From Opitutaceae bacterium (lineage in GTDB: Bacteria > Verrucomicrobiota > Verrucomicrobiia > Opitutales > Opitutaceae): a stretch of 54,124 bases of DNA. The notes beneath the pieces were generated by a model. It worked only from the letters and a program-made list of their open reading frames with translations, was not told the DNA's origin and did no database searches. The stretch's first letter is position 1; every line of letters starts with the position of its first letter. Positions 48,471 through 54,124 of this stretch are shown here, piece by piece. The translations under genes were made by a program, and so were the position numbers. The DNA lies in NCBI GenBank assembly GCA_035656555.1, contig DASRSJ010000054.1, positions 1-54,124 of the forward strand. The letters are read 5' to 3'.

Positions 48471-48530
48471 CTCTATATAGATACGACCGCCCCAAGCGAC
48501 ATTTTTGCAATACACCCACTATATATAGAG
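48471..48530 (-). promoter_or_regulatory. AT-rich inverted repeat in the promoter/leader of the DUF2339 operon
   Basis: On the plus strand, CTCTATATAG (48471..48480) and CTATATATAGAG (48519..48530) are inverted copies flanking a 38-nt spacer that contains TTGCAA. The proximal copy ends 10 nt from the ATG. This is the most AT-rich spot in the window. Confidence 0.4.
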
Positions 48531-48613
48531 AATATCCGCAATTGGTTGCAGAGGCCCGGCCCGGCTCGCGTCGGCCATATTGGACGAACACGCAACCCAC
48601 TTCGAATCAAGGA

Positions 48614-49846
48614 CTAGCCTGCAGCGGCTCCGACGGAACGGATGTCCACCGTGGAGCGCACCCCGGCCTTGTCCTGCATCTTCTCGCGGTATTCGCCGGG
48701 GGGGTGCCCGGTGACCCGCTTGAAAAGGACGCTCATATATTCGGTGTATTCAAAGCCCGTCAGCTCCGCCACGCGCTTGAGCGGATAGTCGGTGTCGATC
48801 AGGAGCTCGGAGATCTTGTTCACCTGGACCCTGCGGATCTCCGCCTGTGGTGAGCGCCCAATGTACTTCCTGAACTTTTTCTCGAGGAGGCTTCGGGAGA
48901 TGTGGGAATTCTCGGCGACCTGGTCCGGCGTCAGGCCGGAGCAGGCGTTCTTGCGGATGTAGTTCACGGCTTCCGCGATCTTCTCGTCGTCAATTGCAAG
49001 TGAGTCGGTCGACAGGCGTGTCACGACGCCGAGCGGCTCAACCCTCTGGTCGAGGTTCTGCGGCTTGCCGCCGGCAAGCATCTCCGCGAGGAGGCTCGCG
49101 GCCCTGAACCCGGACTGGAAGGCATTCGGGGCGACGCTCGAGAGCGCCGGGATTGTCATCTCGCAGCGGAAGGTCTCGTTGTTGGCCCCGAGGATCGCCA
49201 GATCCTCGGGCACCGAAATTCCTGAGATGCCAGCGGCGTTGATCAGCTGCTGGGCCCTCAGGTCATTGCAAGCCATGACCGCCGTCGGCTTTGACAGCTC
49301 TCCCAGCCACTCGGCAATCTTGGCGAGCTGCTTTGAGTTCCATGAAGGTGTTGAGGATTCCGGGCAGTGCACATCCAGGACGTTGCAGTCCTGGCCCGCG
49401 CGCCTGAGAGCCTCGACGAAGCCGTCCCTGCGCTCGGCCGACCACGCCTGGCCTGTGAAGCCCGCGAAGCCAAAGCTGCTGTATCCGCGCTCAAGAAGGT
49501 GCTCGGCGCCGAGCCTGCCGATCGTGGCGTTGTCGGGACGGATCTTCGGGACGCCCTCGAAGACGGCCACGTCGTTGAGATCAACCAGTGGTACGTTCAT
49601 CTCCTTGCACGCGGCTACGAGCTTCGCGGTGGTGTGGCGGCTGATGACGCCCTTCCAGTTTCCTTCGCGGATCCACTTTGGATCCGTCTCTGCGACCGCG
49701 AGATCGTCATGGAATGCCGTCCACGCGCCGTGGCTTCGCTCATAATGCGCGATTCCCTTCAGCATGGAGGTGCACTCCTCGAACTGGGGCCTGAAAATCA
49801 GGAGCACCTCCGGTCGCTTCAGGGCACGCATGGTCAGATGGCGCAT
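48614..49846 (-). CDS. XylR-type regulator (periplasmic-binding-protein-like sensor + AraC HTH)
   Basis: The architecture and C-terminal sequence (IRKNACSGLTPDQVAENSHISRSLLEKKFRK...FEYTEYMSVLFKRVTGHPPGEYRE) parallel E. coli XylR as I recall it. An alternative start exists at 49831. Confidence 0.8.
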   Translation of the reverse strand: MRHLTMRALKRPEVLLIFRPQFEECTSMLKGIAHYERSHGAWTAFHDDLAVAETDPKWIREGNWKGVISRHTTAKLVAACKEMNVPLVDLNDVAVFEGVPKIRPDNATIGRLGAEHLLERGYSSFGFAGFTGQAWSAERRDGFVEALRRAGQDCNVLDVHCPESSTPSWNSKQLAKIAEWLGELSKPTAVMACNDLRAQQLINAAGISGISVPEDLAILGANNETFRCEMTIPALSSVAPNAFQSGFRAASLLAEMLAGGKPQNLDQRVEPLGVVTRLSTDSLAIDDEKIAEAVNYIRKNACSGLTPDQVAENSHISRSLLEKKFRKYIGRSPQAEIRRVQVNKISELLIDTDYPLKRVAELTGFEYTEYMSVLFKRVTGHPPGEYREKMQDKAGVRSTVDIRSVGAAAG

Positions 49847-49924
49847 TTCTGCACCCTATCCGCTTTCATGGTGGGAAATCCCTTTTGCACGCACAGCACT
49901 GACGGGTCTCAGGGGGATGAGTTT

Positions 49925-50086
49925 CGAAAATTTTCGCTCCGACCGAAAATGTTTACGGAACCTTATACTGGGAATCCGCCCATAAGTTCAGCTGACGCCA
50001 TCTCAGGCGCCCCTGCGCGGGCGACCCAGTTTCATAGGAGAATGGAAGGAAGGGTCATGATGTCGGCGAAACGTTTGTGACCGAAC
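49925..50086. promoter_or_regulatory. Repeated motifs in the 460-nt divergent control region
   Basis: Perfect palindrome CGAAAATTTTCG (49925..49936). A direct-repeat-like pair follows: CGAAAATGTTTACGGAAC (49944..49961) and CGAAACGTTTGTGACCGAAC (50067..50086). Confidence 0.3.
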
Positions 50087-50306
50087 TGTTACGTTCAAAA
50101 TTTCACACCGCTTTCCCGGATTTCTCATTTTTCATACAAGCGTCCACATTTCCTCGGCTTCGGGAAAAAGGTATAAACACCGCGCATCGCCCAACTGCCC
50201 AGCCGCAGCTTACCCCTGCGACTCGGCAAATTGCCCCCGATCCTGACGAGTTCTCCCCCGAGAACTCTCTGCCCCTGTCATCAACCCCAAGTCCCAACAC
50301 CAAACC

Positions 50307-53300
50307 ATGCCTGCTAATCGTACACTGGCGTTGCTGCGTGCCCTCACGGTCACCTCAGCGCTCGGTCTGTCTGTAGTGCCTCGCATCGCGGTCGCCCAGA
50401 CCGCTCCAGCCACCGACACAACCACAACCACGACGACGACGACGGCTGCGGCCGCCCCGGACGCGGAAGAGCCCACAGTGCTTTCCCCGTTCGTAGTCGA
50501 CGCGGCCGAGGACAAGGGAAGCTACAAAGCCAACAGCACGTTGGCCGGCACCCGCGTCCGCACCGACCTGAAGGATGTCGCCTCCGCGATCTCCGTCGTC
50601 ACGGCGCAGTTCCTCCAGGACACGGGCGCCAAGAACGCCTCTGACCTGCTGGTCTACACGCCGAGCACCGAGGTTGCCGGTCTCCGTGGTAACTTCTCGG
50701 GCGCCGCGGGCAGCGCGGTCGTCCAGGAAAACACGGTTTCCGCCACGACCCGCGTTCGTGGTCTCGATTCCGCCGACAACACCCGCGACTACTTCCTGAC
50801 GGACATTCCGTGGGACAGCTTCGACGTGGGTCGCGTTGACCTCCAGCGCGGACCGAACTCGATCCTCTTCGGAACGGGCTCGCCGGCCGGCATCATCAAC
50901 GTGAGCACCAACGGCGCCTCGTTCAACAACTCCTACAACGTCACGAACCGCTTCGACCAGTACGGCTCGCTGCGCGACTCCGTGATGATCAACCAGGAGC
51001 TCATCCCCGGCGTGCTGGCGATCCGCCTCGCGGCCCTGCAGGACGACGAGAAGTTCGAGCAGGCCGACGCCTTCGAGAACACCACCCGCTACTACGGCGC
51101 GTTCCGGTTCGACCCGAAGCTCTTCGGCAAGGACAGCCACACGACGATCCGCGGCAACTTCGAGCGCGGCCAGCAGACCTCGGACGAGCCCCGCACGCTC
51201 CCCCCGACCGATGAGATCACGCCTTGGTTCTCGACTGCGCTGAACATCGGCGGCGTCACGAACCCCGGCTACAACAAGCTCACGGAAAACCAGTTCTCCA
51301 ACGCGAACACGACCGCCAGCGGCGCCAATACCCCCGGCGGTTCAGGTGGTCCCGAGTCGGCGAACTACTTCCAGCTCGGCGGCTTCTCGCAGGGCCGCTC
51401 GTACTGGGCGGATGTCGTCAACTACTACGAGGCGACGCCTGTCGCCATCAACGGCCAGTCCGGCGCCCTCGCGCCCGGCGGCACGCCGATCAAGGTCATC
51501 ACGGCTGAGGCCAACACCGGTCTCGCCGCTGGCGGCGCGATCGCCGGCATCAGCGCCTTCCGCCCTGACGCCATCCCGCCGTTCAGCCTGATCGCCGACT
51601 ACCTCGGTGCGAACGACACGGTCAACGGCGGCAATGAGCCCTTCAAGGCCATCCCCGGCGGCGCGTACTACACGGACAAGGTCCTCACCGACACGTCGAT
51701 CTTCAACTTCTACAAGAAGCTGCTCGACGGCCCGAACAAGCATGAGTGGAAGAACTGGAACTCCTTCAACATCTCGGTTGACCAGAGCTTCTTCGACGAC
51801 CGCCTTGCTTTCGAGGTCGCCTATGACCAGCAGAAGTACGTCGAGGGCGCCGAGCCGTTCCTCGAGGGTGAGAACTATGCCATCAACGTCGACGTCAACC
51901 AGACGTACGCTGACGGCACGGCCAACCCGAACGTCGGTCGCCCCTATGTCGCCAACGCGACGTCGGGTGGTGAGGACAACAACTACCAGACGACCACGAC
52001 CCGCAATACATGGCGCTTCACCCCGACGGGCGAGCTGAGGTCCTCGGACTTCTTCAGCAACCCGACGATGACGTACCTGCTCGGCAAGAGCGACGTCACC
52101 GCGCTCTTCGAGAAGAACACGGTTGTCCAGAGCACGTACCAGTTTGCCGAGTTTGCCACGACGCCCGACTACATCACCGCGAACTCCCTGAACGCCAACG
52201 CGGCGAACACGGAGAATTCGAACCGCTCCTACGAGTTCCTGGCCTACATCGGGCCGAGCCTCGCGAGCAGGACGTCGGCCGCGAACTCGAACCTGAACAA
52301 CCTGAACTACGTGATCGCCCCGCCGGAGCACGAGCAGACGCTCAACTTCAACTCGACCTGGAACAAGCCGACGGATCCCTCCGCCCCCGGCTATGTCGAC
52401 CCGGCCGCTCCGTACACGTACACGAGCACGGTGACCGGCGTCACGACGACCAACTCGACGCAGAACAACAACCCGGCGAACTACGTCGGCTGGACCAACC
52501 AGCAGATCTCCTACATGTACGCCAGCGACCCGAAGGACCTGCCCGACCTCGTGTCGGCGGCGAGCCGCACGCGCTACACCGACGAGTCCGAAGGCATCAC
52601 CTGGCAGGGCTACCTGCTCGGCGGCGACCTCGTTCCCTCGCTCGGCTGGCGCAAGGACAAGGTCACGAACTACCTGACGACGTCCCCGACGGACCAGAAC
52701 ACGGGCTACACGAGCCTGAGCTACCCCGACAACGAGCAGTCCCGCACGGATGTCGAGGGCACGAGCAAGACCTGGGGCGGTGTTTACCACTTCCCGAAGT
52801 CGCTCATGGAGAAGCTCCCCGGTGACCTGACGTTCAGCATCCTGTTCAACCGCTCGGAGAACTTCAAGCCGGACGCGGCCCGCCTCGATCTGGATGGCAA
52901 TCACATCCCGAACGCGACCGGCACCACGACGGAGTACGGCTTCGTCACCACGGCCCTGGCGGACAAGATCTCGCTCAAGGTTGACTGGTTCAAGACCACG
53001 GTGAAGAACGCCTCGCTCGGTGAGACGGACGGTAACTCGATCGCCGGACTGGGCTCCAACGCCTACTTCGTCGCTGACGGTGTCATCTGGGGATACGGCT
53101 GGGCGACGGCGCTCCAGGACGGTCTCCGCGGCAACCTCGGCAACGGTGTCTCGAGCAACCTGCCGAACTCCAACTACTGGGATTACGGCGCAGGCAACGG
53201 TTACGCCATCGGCAGCCCGCAGTACATCGCCACGAACCAGGCCTCGGCGGCCATCGTGAACGCGTGGGTCAACAATCCGTTCTCGGCGAACTTCTTCAAC

Positions 53301-54124
53301 AGCTACAACCTGTCGCCGCCGATCAACCCCACGCTCGCCAAGGGCTCGGGCCTCCTGTCCTCCGGCTTCATCAACGGCAACAACGATGCCAACGATGCGG
53401 CGGGCGGCGAGAGCGGCTCGAACTTCGGTGACCACCAGACCACGGTCGACAACCTGTCGAAGGGCTTCGAAATCGAGCTCTCCGCGCAGCCGACCCGCAA
53501 CTGGAACATCACGGTCAACTACTCGCACGTCAACGCGACCCACGAGAACATCGACCCCGCCATGCAGGCCTTCATCGGCCAGGTCACGGCGTTCATGAAC
53601 GGACCCGGCGGCCAGGTTCGCATGTGGTGTAACTCCTGCGGCACCCTCGGCGCCGACTGGAACTCCTCGATCGTCGCCCCCTGGACGGTGCAGCTGAACG
53701 ACCAGGGCCACGAGGCCCCCGAGGTCGCTCCGTGGAGGCTCAACCTCGTGTCGACGTACTCCTTCGACCGCGGCCCGATCAAGGGCTGGTTCATCGGCGG
53801 TGGCCTGCGCGTTGAGGCGGCCCGTATCCTCGGATACAGGTACGACCCGACGTTCAAGAACATCAACTCGGATGACCCGAACTATGCCCAGGTCACCTCG
53901 GTCACCCAGGGCGGCCTGAATGTCAACGAGCCCTGGAAGGGGTCCAATGACACCCACGTTGACGCGTGGCTCGGCTACTCGAGGAAGATCTACCGGAACG
54001 TCAACTGGCGCATCCAGCTGAACCTCCAGAACGTCGGCGAGAAGGACCATCTGGTCGCCTCGGCCTTCGAGCCGGACGGCAGCCTGGCCCTCGCCCGCAT
54101 CCAGCTCGGAATGGGCTGGAAGCT
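50307..54124 (+). CDS. TonB-dependent outer membrane receptor, 3-prime partial (at least 1272 aa)
   Basis: It is absent from the ORF track because no stop codon occurs before the window end. Frame 0 is open from ATG 50307. It has a signal peptide, a poly-Thr stretch, a plug start (LSPFVVDAAEDKGSYKANSTLAGTRVRTDLKDVASAISVV, RVDLQRGPNSILFGTGSPAGIIN) and barrel-end-like VNWRIQLNLQNV...GMGWK at the window edge. Confidence 0.85.
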   Translation, partial: MPANRTLALLRALTVTSALGLSVVPRIAVAQTAPATDTTTTTTTTTAAAAPDAEEPTVLSPFVVDAAEDKGSYKANSTLAGTRVRTDLKDVASAISVVTAQFLQDTGAKNASDLLVYTPSTEVAGLRGNFSGAAGSAVVQENTVSATTRVRGLDSADNTRDYFLTDIPWDSFDVGRVDLQRGPNSILFGTGSPAGIINVSTNGASFNNSYNVTNRFDQYGSLRDSVMINQELIPGVLAIRLAALQDDEKFEQADAFENTTRYYGAFRFDPKLFGKDSHTTIRGNFERGQQTSDEPRTLPPTDEITPWFSTALNIGGVTNPGYNKLTENQFSNANTTASGANTPGGSGGPESANYFQLGGFSQGRSYWADVVNYYEATPVAINGQSGALAPGGTPIKVITAEANTGLAAGGAIAGISAFRPDAIPPFSLIADYLGANDTVNGGNEPFKAIPGGAYYTDKVLTDTSIFNFYKKLLDGPNKHEWKNWNSFNISVDQSFFDDRLAFEVAYDQQKYVEGAEPFLEGENYAINVDVNQTYADGTANPNVGRPYVANATSGGEDNNYQTTTTRNTWRFTPTGELRSSDFFSNPTMTYLLGKSDVTALFEKNTVVQSTYQFAEFATTPDYITANSLNANAANTENSNRSYEFLAYIGPSLASRTSAANSNLNNLNYVIAPPEHEQTLNFNSTWNKPTDPSAPGYVDPAAPYTYTSTVTGVTTTNSTQNNNPANYVGWTNQQISYMYASDPKDLPDLVSAASRTRYTDESEGITWQGYLLGGDLVPSLGWRKDKVTNYLTTSPTDQNTGYTSLSYPDNEQSRTDVEGTSKTWGGVYHFPKSLMEKLPGDLTFSILFNRSENFKPDAARLDLDGNHIPNATGTTTEYGFVTTALADKISLKVDWFKTTVKNASLGETDGNSIAGLGSNAYFVADGVIWGYGWATALQDGLRGNLGNGVSSNLPNSNYWDYGAGNGYAIGSPQYIATNQASAAIVNAWVNNPFSANFFNSYNLSPPINPTLAKGSGLLSSGFINGNNDANDAAGGESGSNFGDHQTTVDNLSKGFEIELSAQPTRNWNITVNYSHVNATHENIDPAMQAFIGQVTAFMNGPGGQVRMWCNSCGTLGADWNSSIVAPWTVQLNDQGHEAPEVAPWRLNLVSTYSFDRGPIKGWFIGGGLRVEAARILGYRYDPTFKNINSDDPNYAQVTSVTQGGLNVNEPWKGSNDTHVDAWLGYSRKIYRNVNWRIQLNLQNVGEKDHLVASAFEPDGSLALARIQLGMGWK

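Noticed and set aside
49879-49920. GGTGGGAAATCCC...CACAGCACTGAC resembles the GGTG.AA.TCC / GCCACTG core of a cobalamin riboswitch upstream of a TonB receptor
   Set aside because: The match is only partial. I could find no convincing B12-box (AGYCMGGAGACCKGCC-like) downstream. The element would sit about 390 nt from the receptor ATG and overlaps the divergent regulator promoter. An Rfam RF00174 scan would settle it.
50033-50080. Short upstream ORF MEGRVMMSAKRL next to a GGAGA motif, as a possible leader peptide for the TonB receptor
   Set aside because: The GGAGA directly abuts the ATG with no spacer. The codon usage is not gene-like, and it is simply the tail of a shadow ORF (49367..50080).
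51342-54050. 902-aa minus-strand ORF (and 50355..51140)
   Set aside because: It is antisense to the open plus-strand frame that encodes a recognisable TonB-dependent receptor. The product is Arg/Val/Gly/Asp-rich with no domain features.

Overview
GC-rich, gene-dense chromosomal window with about 41 protein genes. I found no rRNA, tRNA, CRISPR array, transposase or integrase. Third-codon G/C bias is strong enough to separate real genes from the many long antisense shadow ORFs in the track. The protein repertoire (delta-60/Ig surface protein, very long LSPFVV-type TonB receptor, DUF5069, weak Shine-Dalgarno usage) suggests a Verrucomicrobiota/Opitutaceae-like genome; this is inference only. Order of content: (1) a 5-prime-partial purine nucleoside permease translationally coupled to a kinase-like hypothetical protein and a lipoprotein; (2) DUF5069 plus a small coupled ORF, a GreA-like factor and an acyltransferase; (3) stand-alone glutamate synthase large subunit with a glutaredoxin-like gene; (4) a TetR-EmrB-EmrA-OMF efflux operon; (5) a YncE-like beta-propeller and xylAB; (6) a 16-kb urea block: porin, urtABCDE, urea carboxylase, allophanate hydrolase, then a TM-less CHASE hybrid histidine kinase and a sigma-54 enhancer-binding response regulator, with two sigma-54-type promoters in front of the porin and urtA; (7) an SRAP/YedK peptidase; (8) a 1100-aa delta-60/Ig/PT-linker surface protein; (9) oligopeptidase B, a Cys-rich membrane protein and an overlapping DUF2339/DUF3999 pair; (10) an XylR-type regulator divergent from a TonB-dependent receptor of more than 1270 aa that runs off the window and is missing from the ORF track. 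The best candidates for undescribed biology are the DUF2339/DUF3999 envelope module with its neighbours, and the cytoplasmic CHASE kinase / sigma-54 circuit attached to the ATP-dependent urea pathway. All family assignments come from reading motifs, not from searches.
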